NCBI GenBank assembly: GCA_016934735.1
Contig: JAFGSG010000055.1
Span: 2,111-66,110 of the forward strand
DNA: 64,000 bases
Origin: Spirochaetota bacterium
GTDB taxonomy: Bacteria; Spirochaetota; UBA4802; JAFGDQ01
Reading direction: 5' to 3'
Shown here one piece after another: positions 19,040-28,165 of this stretch; within the stretch, counting starts at the first letter, position 1, and each line of letters starts with the position of its first letter. Both the position numbers and the translations under genes were made by a program. The notes below the pieces were generated by a model. It was given only the letters and a program-made list of their open reading frames with translations, ran no database searches and was not told the DNA's origin.

Positions 19040-20398
19040 TCATCTTTTATTATAATTGTTTTTTACCCGCGCTTTTTTTAGAAACTCTGAAATTAAAAAC
19101 GCAAGCTCAAGGGCCTGGTTGGCATTCAGGCGGGGATCGCATCTTGTAAAATATTTTTCAGTCAGCTTATTTTCGGTAATTTCTTCTGCTCCACCGATGC
19201 ACTCTGTTACATTCTGGCCGGTCATCTCACAGTGGATACCGCCTGCATAGGTTCCTTCCGCGTAATGAATCTCAAAGAAATTTTTCACTTCTTCCAGTAT
19301 GTGGTCGAATGAACGTGTTTTTATCCCTTTATGAGTCTTTACTGTATTGCTATGCATGGGATCAGTGCACCACACCACATTGCGGCCTTCCTTTTTTACG
19401 CGTTTTATTAATGGGGGAAGTTTTTTTGTAATAAGATCGCCGATCCGCGCAATTATAGTAAGACGGCCTGCTTCGTTTTGCGGATTAACCAGGTCGATTA
19501 GACGTATTAATTCATCAGGATCCATTGAGGGTCCTGCTTTAATACCTATTGGATTTTTAATTCCTCTAATGAACTCTATGTGAGCCTTGTCTGATTGACG
19601 GGTCCTGTCGCCTACCCATAGCATGTGAGCTGAGTAGTCATACCAGTCTCCGGTGAGGGCATCCTGCCGGGTTAATGCCTCTTCATAGTTCAGGAGAAGT
19701 GCCTCATGAGAGGTGTACAATGTTGTTTCACGTATGCTCGGCATGTCTACGCCGCATGCTTCCATGAATGCAAGCGCTTCTCCGATGCGGTCTGCAAGAT
19801 TCTGATAACGCTCGCCTAACGGGCTTTCCTTGACAAACTCAAGGTTCCATTGATGCACCTGATGCAGGTCTGCCAGGCCGCCTTTTGTGAACGCTCTGAG
19901 CAGATTAAGCGTTGTGGCAGACTGATTATATGTCTGGATTAACCGGTTTGGATCAGGAGTGCGAGCATCTTTAGTGAAAGTAATGTCGTTTACTGCATCT
20001 CCGAAATAGCTAGGAAGTTCAACGCCGTCAATGATTTCAGTTTTACTTGAGCGCGGTTTGGCAAACTGGCCTGCTAACCGGCCGACTTTTACAATCTGAC
20101 AGCTTCCCGCGTATGTCAGAACTACAGCCATTTGAAGGATTACTTTACAGGTATCCTGTATGTTTGTTGCGTTAAAATCGTCAAAGCTTTCGGCACAGTC
20201 TCCGCCCTGCAGGAGAAAAGCCTCCCTGCCGTTGACTTTAGCTAATTGTTTTTTTAATTCCTGGACCTCATTAGAAAATACCAGAGGAGGAAATTTAGTA
20301 AGCCGGGACTCGGACCTGCTGAGTTTTGAAGGATCAGGATATTCCGGCTTCTGTTCAATTGGTTTATCGCGCCAGCTTGAAGGAGTCCATTTATTCAT
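19040..20398 (-). CDS. 3-deoxy-7-phosphoheptulonate (DAHP) synthase, class II
   Basis: [44 protein letters not shown] and CDPRLN. Confidence 0.96.
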   Translation of the reverse strand: MNKWTPSSWRDKPIEQKPEYPDPSKLSRSESRLTKFPPLVFSNEVQELKKQLAKVNGREAFLLQGGDCAESFDDFNATNIQDTCKVILQMAVVLTYAGSCQIVKVGRLAGQFAKPRSSKTEIIDGVELPSYFGDAVNDITFTKDARTPDPNRLIQTYNQSATTLNLLRAFTKGGLADLHQVHQWNLEFVKESPLGERYQNLADRIGEALAFMEACGVDMPSIRETTLYTSHEALLLNYEEALTRQDALTGDWYDYSAHMLWVGDRTRQSDKAHIEFIRGIKNPIGIKAGPSMDPDELIRLIDLVNPQNEAGRLTIIARIGDLITKKLPPLIKRVKKEGRNVVWCTDPMHSNTVKTHKGIKTRSFDHILEEVKNFFEIHYAEGTYAGGIHCEMTGQNVTECIGGAEEITENKLTEKYFTRCDPRLNANQALELAFLISEFLKKARVKNNYNKR

Positions 20399-20535
20399 TT
20401 TAGTCTGCTTCTATTAAAAGAATTAGTATAATTTATATTTTTATCCTTATTCTTTAGAGTCTTATATATTACAAGAACTTTTCAATATCTCCGAATAATT
20501 GTTATCTCTGTATTTTGGATGATATTATTTGTAAC

Positions 20536-21339
20536 TCACTTTAAATATTTTGAAATAAATGAATCAATTCCTGATTCATATTCATTTCTTGATTCAAGAA
20601 AGCCTCTGTTATGGCTTCCTGAAATAACTAATAATTCCTTAGGTTCATTCGCTGCATGGAATATTTTTTCACCCTGAGAAAACGGAGAAATTTCATCATC
20701 TTTACTGTGAATAATAAGCACAGGGCATTTTATTTTCTGCAGATGCCTGTAAGTGCTGTAGCTGTCCCCGAAAATTAGTTTGCCGGGAAACCATGGATAG
20801 CGGTCATGCGATACATCTGTTAAGGATCTGAACGATGATTCAATAATCAGAATTCCCGGAGTATAAGAATCCGCCAGCCAGGCGGATATGGATCCGCCGA
20901 GAGATCTTCCGAAAATAATTATCTTTCTGCGCTCAATACCACGTTCATTAACAAGGTAAAGCCATGCAGCTTCCGAGTCCATATATGTACCCATTTCTGA
21001 AGGCTCTCCTTCGCTTTCTCCGTAACCGCGGTAGTCGTAAATAAATACGCTTAGACTAAGTTTGTTGAAAATTTGTATTATTTCCAGACAATGGGAAATG
21101 TTCCCTGAATTTCCATGTGAATATAAAACGACGCCTTTTGCCTGGTCAGATGGTATCCACCATCCGATGATTATAGTATCATCTTTTGTTTTCAAGCGGA
21201 TTGATTCAAAATTTAGGTCTATATCCGAAGGCGTAGCTTTTATTTCTTTTTCAGGATAATACATGAAGTAAGGACGGCCTGCACAAAACAGGTTTGATAG
21301 AACGGCCAGAGCAATAATATAAAAAATAATTTTTTTCAT
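20536..21339 (-). CDS. Alpha/beta hydrolase, probable lipoprotein
   Basis: HGNSGN, DYRGYGES.G and GRSLG nucleophile elbow. Start set at ATG 21339 (MKKIIFY...LFC signal). Confidence 0.88.
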   Translation of the reverse strand: MKKIIFYIIALAVLSNLFCAGRPYFMYYPEKEIKATPSDIDLNFESIRLKTKDDTIIIGWWIPSDQAKGVVLYSHGNSGNISHCLEIIQIFNKLSLSVFIYDYRGYGESEGEPSEMGTYMDSEAAWLYLVNERGIERRKIIIFGRSLGGSISAWLADSYTPGILIIESSFRSLTDVSHDRYPWFPGKLIFGDSYSTYRHLQKIKCPVLIIHSKDDEISPFSQGEKIFHAANEPKELLVISGSHNRGFLESRNEYESGIDSFISKYLK

Positions 21340-21371
21340 AAACTTTATTGGAAGCCATCTCAAAAATAGAA

Positions 21372-21434
21372 TTCTCCGGGGCAATCCCCTGGTACTGACT
21401 TACCGGCCGCCAACTTCGGTGTCGGCGGGGTATT
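21372..21434 (-). repeat. ~62-bp GC-rich structured dispersed element, copy 2 (inverted)
   Basis: Reverse complement aataccccgccgacaccgaagttggcggccggtaagtcagtaccaggggattgcc aligns with 17184-17245. Confidence 0.7.
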
Positions 21435-21553
21435 ACGCCTTGAAATAATGTAAAGACAGGAGAAATCGGCCTAAATTAAATTTAAAATTTTTTTGGCTTC
21501 ATAATATTTAACTTTAGCTGCGATTTGTTCCTGTAGTCTGCTAATCTCGTGAT

Positions 21554-22795
21554 TCACGGGTGCCCCCATGCAAACAGCATGACTGCTCTAATTTCGTGAC
21601 AGCCTTTTTCGGTTGTTCCGGCCGGGCTGTTGCGCCGCTGCGCATCAATACCATATCCATAGTCGATAAAAACCGGTATAAGATCAGCGATTTTCATTGA
21701 AAGGTATATGGAAATGCTTTGATAATATTTTCTCGGGTAATCCATGACTCCGGTAACTTTATTGTCTTTCGACATATAGAGAATATAATAAGCAGGTTCA
21801 ATTCTGGCTTCCAGAATTCCAAGAGGGATGCCGAATTTTAAATTTGCGATCAGATATTTGTTATGATAAAATTCACAGAAAAAATATCCGGGAATAGCGG
21901 CATGATCAGCTATCAGAGACCCGATCTTTTCCGCATTGTTTCTGTCTGTATTAAACTGCAAGGAGGCAACCGTTTCAAATTTAATATTATAATCATCCCA
22001 AAATTTATAATATAATCCAAGATCAAGATAGTATTTATATACTGAAGGTTTATCGGAAGTATCGGGTACTGTACCGTCGCTCATATTCCTGTCGTTAAAT
22101 GAATAGCCGGATCTATAACTATAATTATATTTAGCCGTTGCGAGGAATCCATTTTTTATAAGGCCGGAGTTTTTTTCACTGATTTTTTTTAATTGAAGTT
22201 GAATGCAGGCGTTATGTTCCGTATGCGCGTCCGGATTGGCCATATTCGCATTATTATCTGAATTATAGTAGTGATAGACTGGAAGGTAGTTTATACCCGT
22301 ATTGAATATTTTAGACCAGTTATATCTTAAATATAATTCCGCACCCATGTAATATCCTTTATTTTCGTTTTTACTATCAGTATAGCCTTTATTATAATCT
22401 GAATACGCGCCGTAGATAGTGTGTCCCCAGATTGGTTTTATTCCTGTGTTGTATTTTTCATTATGTGTGCCGAGCGCAGCAAATACGGTTGTTGTCCGGG
22501 CTCCGATCTCACAATATGAATTTTTTGAATTACTGTAATACTGCCAGTAGCTTAAATACATAATGGGTGATGTTTTATTCTTACCGTTGCTGAATGGCAG
22601 GTCTGCTCCGGCTGCCGATATTAAAGCGTATTCCCTCTTATAACTGCCTTCAGCATATATTACTGTAGATAAAAGTATTAGAATAGTAATAAACCATTTT
22701 ATTAAATTAATAGACAGAATTATTCTCCCGCTCAATTTTAGTAATGAATAATCAAACCAATATAAAATAGTATTTATTGAGAGTATAATTATCAA
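21554..22795 (-). CDS. Hypothetical secreted / outer-membrane beta-rich protein (start uncertain)
   Basis: 413-aa ORF with a signal-like hydrophobic stretch and Tyr/Gly-rich alternating strands. Confidence 0.6.
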   Translation of the reverse strand: MIIILSINTILYWFDYSLLKLSGRIILSINLIKWFITILILLSTVIYAEGSYKREYALISAAGADLPFSNGKNKTSPIMYLSYWQYYSNSKNSYCEIGARTTTVFAALGTHNEKYNTGIKPIWGHTIYGAYSDYNKGYTDSKNENKGYYMGAELYLRYNWSKIFNTGINYLPVYHYYNSDNNANMANPDAHTEHNACIQLQLKKISEKNSGLIKNGFLATAKYNYSYRSGYSFNDRNMSDGTVPDTSDKPSVYKYYLDLGLYYKFWDDYNIKFETVASLQFNTDRNNAEKIGSLIADHAAIPGYFFCEFYHNKYLIANLKFGIPLGILEARIEPAYYILYMSKDNKVTGVMDYPRKYYQSISIYLSMKIADLIPVFIDYGYGIDAQRRNSPAGTTEKGCHEIRAVMLFAWGHP

Positions 22796-22858
22796 TTCTT
22801 TTATTTAACTTATTGTTATATTTGATATAATCAAGGTGTACATACGCGGCAGGAGAAT

Positions 22859-23551
22859 ATGCTAATGAAATATAAACGAAAAGAGTTTCAGATATATCTT
22901 AAACCAACTGAATTTATAAACAGCGATTCGCAGGATGTAATTGCATATGCAGAATCAGTTGCCGGAACTGAAAATTCGGATATTGATAAAGCAGTTAAAC
23001 TTTATTATGCTGTAAGAGACGATATCAGTTATGACCCGTACAGGATTGATTTAAGCAGACACGGTTTGAAGGCAAGCACAACGCTGGAGAAAAAATACGG
23101 TTTTTGCATATCAAAAGCAGTTTTACTTGCTGCAACTGCACGTGTTATGCATATTCCGAGCCGTCTGCATTTCGCCGATGTTAAGAATCATCTTACAAGC
23201 AGGCGTTTGTATGAAATGATGCAGTCGGATATATTCGTTTATCATGCATATGCGGAATTGTATCTTGAGGATAAATGGGTAAAGGCAACGCCGGCCTTCA
23301 ACCGCTTGCTTTGCAGAGTCAGCGGAGTTGAACCTCTTGAATTTGACGGCAGGAACGATTCCATCTTTCAGCAGTTCGATCTAAAAGGCAATAAGTTCAT
23401 GGATTATATAAACGACAGGGGGAGTTTCGCGGATGTTCCTTATGAAGAATTGTTCAATGCGTTTAAGATTTATCATCAAAAATTGATTGATAAGGATCTG
23501 TCGGAAATAGAAGGGGTTTTTGAAAAGGAAGTGGATGTATCTATTGAATAA
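22859..23551 (+). CDS. Transglutaminase-like domain protein
   Basis: GFCISKAVLLAA, HAYAELYL and WVKATP motifs. Confidence 0.88.
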   Translation: MLMKYKRKEFQIYLKPTEFINSDSQDVIAYAESVAGTENSDIDKAVKLYYAVRDDISYDPYRIDLSRHGLKASTTLEKKYGFCISKAVLLAATARVMHIPSRLHFADVKNHLTSRRLYEMMQSDIFVYHAYAELYLEDKWVKATPAFNRLLCRVSGVEPLEFDGRNDSIFQQFDLKGNKFMDYINDRGSFADVPYEELFNAFKIYHQKLIDKDLSEIEGVFEKEVDVSIE

Positions 23552-24677
23552 TGTCCGTATTGAAACAGGTTACCTGGTTGCGTCCGTTCTTTTTTGAGTA
23601 ATACAGGGCTTTATCTGCCATTTCAATGAACTCTTCGACATTTTTCGGCGCAAGGTCCGGTATTGCGGCAAGACCGCCGGAGACTGTAAAATTTAAAAAA
23701 GAATTATTGTACTCGATATTTACCTGTTCGACTTTTTGTCTTATTCTTTCAACTACTATCAAAGCTTCTTTTTTTGTCGTCTCCGGTAAAATAATGGTGA
23801 ATTCTTCTCCGCCGTAACGGCAGGGAATGTCTATGGATCGTGAATTCAATAAAATTATTTTGCTCAGTTCCATGATTACCCTGTCGCCTGCCTGATGGCC
23901 GTATGTGTTGTTGAAAGTCCTGAAATTGTCAATATCGAAAATTACAATTGATAACGGATGTTTATATCTGTTTGATCTGCTCCATTCTTCGCGCAGTCTT
24001 TCTCTGAAATATTTGTTGCTGAAAAGTTTTGTCATTCCATCCCTGTTCGCCATGTCATAAAGTTCCGCATTTTTAATTGCAATTGCAGACTGGGTTGAAA
24101 TATATTGAAGCATTTCCTGATCGAATGAATCAAAATCGCCGTCTGATTTATTGATTGCTTCAATTACTCCGATGATTTCGCCTTTATAAGTAAGCGGAAC
24201 AGCTATGAGCGAACTGGTTTGTGTATTGGATTTTTTGTCGACTTTATCCGTAAACCTCGGGTCGTTCTTTGCATCGTTTATAATCATGGGATTTCCATTG
24301 CTCCATACGGTGCCGGCAATGCCTTCGCCAAGTTTCAGATTTAAATCCATTAATTGTTTGCCTTCTTCGTCTTTGCTTAAGTAAGCGAATCTTAATCTGT
24401 TCGTTTCTTTATCGACCAGGAGGACGCTGCTGGACTGGCACTGAAGCAGGCGTTTAACCTGCTGAAGAATCCTTTTCTGCACTTCTTCGCCTTCAAGGGA
24501 TTTTGTGATATATGAATTTATTTCTATTACAAGCTTTAATTTGCGTATAGTATCTTCAGAGGATTTTTTAAAATTTTCAGAATTTTTCATTTTAGGAAAA
24601 TTTAGTATATTATCTTCAGTAATCGAAGCCTTTCCTAAAATGTTTTTCTTTGCTGATATTTTTGCTTTTTTTGGCAT
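23541..24677 (-). CDS. GAF + GGDEF diguanylate cyclase (start uncertain)
   Basis: GAF domain with EAINK..G.F, then D.MT.L.., FDID.F..FN..YGH..GD and RYGGEEF. An RxxD I-site (RSID) precedes the active site. Confidence 0.92.
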   Translation of the reverse strand: MPKKAKISAKKNILGKASITEDNILNFPKMKNSENFKKSSEDTIRKLKLVIEINSYITKSLEGEEVQKRILQQVKRLLQCQSSSVLLVDKETNRLRFAYLSKDEEGKQLMDLNLKLGEGIAGTVWSNGNPMIINDAKNDPRFTDKVDKKSNTQTSSLIAVPLTYKGEIIGVIEAINKSDGDFDSFDQEMLQYISTQSAIAIKNAELYDMANRDGMTKLFSNKYFRERLREEWSRSNRYKHPLSIVIFDIDNFRTFNNTYGHQAGDRVIMELSKIILLNSRSIDIPCRYGGEEFTIILPETTKKEALIVVERIRQKVEQVNIEYNNSFLNFTVSGGLAAIPDLAPKNVEEFIEMADKALYYSKKNGRNQVTCFNTDIIQ

Positions 24678-24939
24678 AATTTTTTTACAGTAAAAGTTAA
24701 TCATATTATTATAATACAAATTAAACGGAATGTCAAAAAAATTGAAGATTTTCTGCATTTTTTAAAAAAATATTATTTATAGTTATTCTCGTCAACATAC
24801 ATTTATTTGTATAATATTTTTTAAATTAATGTTTTTTATCCTGATTTTTGGTTGCTATTCTTCAGCTTAAATTCAATAATGCGGCCGGATAGAATAAATT
24901 TGTTAAATTTTAAATAATTTATTTTATGGAGGAGATTTC

Positions 24940-26004
24940 ATGAAAGAAAAAGAGAAAAGACTTTTAATAATAGCCGTTCGTCTTTTTACTGTTTTTGCCG
25001 TGGTTTTAATATTTGCAATAAAGGCATATTCGGCGCAGATTTCCTTTATGGCTGGAGATGTTAAAGTTATAAAAAAAGGCAAGGCATCAGCTGCGCAGTT
25101 TCAAATGACGCTTTACTCAGGCGATATCCTTAAAACCGGCAAAGGAGCGTTTGCCGATATTTTATATGAAGACGGCAGCGTTATTAAAATAAAAGAAAAC
25201 AGCAGTATTATTGTAGGAAATAAGAGTGCAAAGGGATCCGATTCCCTGTCTGTAACGTCAGGTATAATAAGCGCAAAATTCGCAAAATTACAGAAAGACT
25301 CTGCACGCAGGGTTTACACGCCCACAACTGTCTGCGCTATCAGAGGAACTGAATTTGAAGTCGCGGTGAGTGATAGTGCTGATTCAAAAATACAGTTGTC
25401 CGAGGGCGCTCTTCAATTGCTGAATCCTTATGGCAAGCTTGATATCGAAGGAGATGAAGGAGCAGAAGTTGTTGTAGCTGAGGCGCCGGCTGAGGCCGGG
25501 AACGGCGAACTTGTCCAATGGAAAAATGAACAGGAAAACCAACTTGATAAGAATCCGGAACAGAAAGCCGATGCTTTCAGCCAGTATGTTAAAGATTTCC
25601 GGAAACGAAGCGAGAGCGCGTCAAAAAATATCAGCAATTTGGAAAAGAAAAGAAGCACTGTTATTAAAGGCGGCAAAGATAAACTCGATAAGGCAAATAA
25701 AGATTTAGATAATATAGAGAACGATGTTGAAAATGATCTGTATATGAATAATGCGGCCAATAATTCCATTGATGGAATTCTAAGTCGCTTTCGAAATGAT
25801 AAAAAAGGCATGTACGATAAATTCCTGAAAGTTAAAGCTGAGTCAAATAAGGTTATGGATCAGCAGAAGAAAAATTTTACAGCCATAGCTGCTGTAAAAG
25901 AAGCTTATCGTAAAGCTTACGATGATATTTTGAAAAAACATAAAGAGGGTATAGATAAAATAAAAGGCGGTTTTGATAAGGAATCTGTTAAACCGAAAAA
26001 GTAA
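24940..26004 (+). CDS. FecR-domain secreted protein
   Basis: Signal peptide, GDILKTG and TPTTVCAIRGTEF, coiled-coil tail. SD GGAGGA. Confidence 0.82.
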   Translation: MKEKEKRLLIIAVRLFTVFAVVLIFAIKAYSAQISFMAGDVKVIKKGKASAAQFQMTLYSGDILKTGKGAFADILYEDGSVIKIKENSSIIVGNKSAKGSDSLSVTSGIISAKFAKLQKDSARRVYTPTTVCAIRGTEFEVAVSDSADSKIQLSEGALQLLNPYGKLDIEGDEGAEVVVAEAPAEAGNGELVQWKNEQENQLDKNPEQKADAFSQYVKDFRKRSESASKNISNLEKKRSTVIKGGKDKLDKANKDLDNIENDVENDLYMNNAANNSIDGILSRFRNDKKGMYDKFLKVKAESNKVMDQQKKNFTAIAAVKEAYRKAYDDILKKHKEGIDKIKGGFDKESVKPKK

Positions 26005-26016
26005 ATAAATATTTTA

Positions 26017-26049
26017 CAGCAGGGGCGGGTTTGGAATCCGCTCCTGCTG
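26017..26049. terminator. Palindrome (REP-like / bidirectional terminator)
   Basis: CAGCAGGGGCGGGTT-tgg-AATCCGCTCCTGCTG between convergent genes. Confidence 0.65.
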
Positions 26050-26065
26050 CTAAGTGTATGAATAA

Positions 26066-27130
26066 TCAGTATTTATTCACAATTCTCTTCTGATAAAATT
26101 TCGGCATGGCCAGCAGGACTTCCACAAAACAGGCCATCCAGCATTTGTGGCATTTTCTGTAGCCTTCAACATCCTTTCTATATTTTTCAGTTAATAAAAT
26201 CTCTTCAAGAGCTGATTTGTGAATGTTCCCGATCGGTTCTCTGCTGCAGAGCGAAACATCACCGTTAGGATCAACGAATATTTTGTATGTTTTAAATATG
26301 CCTGTCAGATACGGGCAGTATTTGTCTGTTTCGTCCTTTACAAATTTTGGAATGCTTAAAAGAAAATCCCTTGAGCATGCTATGTTTTTTTTAGTAGCGG
26401 CAAGGGCGATAACTTTCTCAAGTTCGTCGCTGTAATGTAATGTCTGCAGGTCGGGATTGCTGCCATCCTGATAGAAGAAGCAGTTCCAGGGCGCGAGAGT
26501 CTGAGTCCACCCGTATTTTTCGGAAATTTTCAGTATTTTCGGGATCTGCTCAAGGTTCTGGTCGCATATCACGGTATTCATGTTAAGCGTGGAATTTGAT
26601 TTCATGTCTTTCCTTAACTGAGTGACCAGTTCAATATTCTTCAACACTCTTTCTGATACGTTTTTTGCACCGCGCAGCTTATCCGCAATTTTGCCCAGTC
26701 CGTCGAAAGAGGTGCCTATTCTGATGTTATTTCTTAATGCAGCTTCAGCGAACGGGACAATTATTTTTTCATCCGCGTATAGATTGGAGTTAACATTTAC
26801 ACCGAACGGGAATTTATCCGCGAAGAAATCTAGAATTTGCGGGATATCCCTTACCAAAGAAGGCTCTCCGCCGGAAATTGTTAATGAAGCGATCGAATAT
26901 GGCTTGAGTTTATTATATATTTCCATGCAGTCGTCAATATTCGTACTTACTCCGCCTTTTCTTCCTGTAATAACTGCATTGCACATCGGACATTGCTGGT
27001 TGCATATATTTGTAACATTCAGATTCAGATTAAATACAAGCGGTTTTCCGCGGAAATATTTCCAGGCGTACATTGCGCCTGCTTTGGCAATTTTACCTGC
27101 CTTTAAATTAAAGATTTTTGATTTACTCAT
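26066..27130 (-). CDS. Radical SAM protein with SPASM/twitch-like C-terminus
   Basis: CNQQCPMC, SGGEP, GDVSLC and C-terminal CHKCWMAC. Confidence 0.9.
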   Translation of the reverse strand: MSKSKIFNLKAGKIAKAGAMYAWKYFRGKPLVFNLNLNVTNICNQQCPMCNAVITGRKGGVSTNIDDCMEIYNKLKPYSIASLTISGGEPSLVRDIPQILDFFADKFPFGVNVNSNLYADEKIIVPFAEAALRNNIRIGTSFDGLGKIADKLRGAKNVSERVLKNIELVTQLRKDMKSNSTLNMNTVICDQNLEQIPKILKISEKYGWTQTLAPWNCFFYQDGSNPDLQTLHYSDELEKVIALAATKKNIACSRDFLLSIPKFVKDETDKYCPYLTGIFKTYKIFVDPNGDVSLCSREPIGNIHKSALEEILLTEKYRKDVEGYRKCHKCWMACFVEVLLAMPKFYQKRIVNKY

Positions 27131-28148
27131 TATTAGTTTCCCGTAAATATTTTTCCTTCTCTTTGTTCACGCTACCGTAAAACAGAATAAGCATACCGAT
27201 ACCTGACCAGATAAATTTCCGAAGCCGCTGTATAATCCCAACGGTTAATCCGATTGCCGGGTCATACCCCAGGAATTTAAGCGCGCCTGCAAAGGAAGCT
27301 TCGCTTGTGCCTATATTTGCAGGCATAAAAAAGACAATGCTGGTTAAAAACAGCGTAAATATATAAATGAACATTGAATTTATAAGGGTGACATCGGTAT
27401 TTATAAATTTGAGAATAAGATAAACCTCAAGTGTCCCGGTTGTCAACACTGATATGTATCGTATAGCAAGAGATTTAATAAATCTTCTCAGATTGTTTTT
27501 ACCGGTTAAAATAATACTAATCTCTTTGTCTATCTCACGTATGCTTTTTAAGCGTTCTTCGGTTATGAATTTTATAGATAATTTTTCAGGAAGTTTATTT
27601 ATTATGAATTCTATAAATCCGTTTTTTTGTTTTTTCAGTACCATAAGCATTAAGATACAGACTAAAACAATAAAAATTAAAAAACCTATTGATATTCCCT
27701 TCGGAAGATTTAAAATAAAAAAGCTGCATATAATGCCGGTCAGAATCAAAAGAGTATTGGAAAGCGAGTGTACTGTTCTGTCGAGCACGACCGAAGCCAG
27801 CGCTGTCTTGAAAGGAATATGGTTTTTCATGAAGAGCGCTTTAATTGGATCGCCGGCAACGGATCCGATTGCATTAATTGACGAAGTCGAATCCCCCGCA
27901 ATTCTCGCGAGTATAAGCCTGCAGAAAATTCTGCCCGTAACGGGATAATTTATCAGGATTTTCCATGCATAAGATAATATAATATTATTAAAAAGAAAAA
28001 GCGAAACAACTATTAAAAAGCGCCAGCCGAGAAGCATTATATCATTAATAAACTTTTCAATTCCAAAACTTTTAAAAAGCAGGATTAAAATTATAATTCC
28101 GAATATTAAAAAAACAATTTGTGTTTTATTTAATTTTAGAAATTTCAT
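27123..28148 (-). CDS. Lysylphosphatidylglycerol synthase TM / flippase-like (UPF0104) membrane protein
   Basis: Multiple TM helices with GD...K, ASVVLDR and P..IGTSE motifs. Overlaps the start of the radical SAM gene. Confidence 0.8.
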   Translation of the reverse strand: MKFLKLNKTQIVFLIFGIIILILLFKSFGIEKFINDIMLLGWRFLIVVSLFLFNNIILSYAWKILINYPVTGRIFCRLILARIAGDSTSSINAIGSVAGDPIKALFMKNHIPFKTALASVVLDRTVHSLSNTLLILTGIICSFFILNLPKGISIGFLIFIVLVCILMLMVLKKQKNGFIEFIINKLPEKLSIKFITEERLKSIREIDKEISIILTGKNNLRRFIKSLAIRYISVLTTGTLEVYLILKFINTDVTLINSMFIYIFTLFLTSIVFFMPANIGTSEASFAGALKFLGYDPAIGLTVGIIQRLRKFIWSGIGMLILFYGSVNKEKEKYLRETNNE

Positions 28149-28165
28149 TATATTCAGGGATTAAT

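Noticed and set aside
20399-20535. T-box or attenuator upstream of the DAHP synthase
   Set aside because: No T-box consensus, leader ORF or terminator hairpin is visible.
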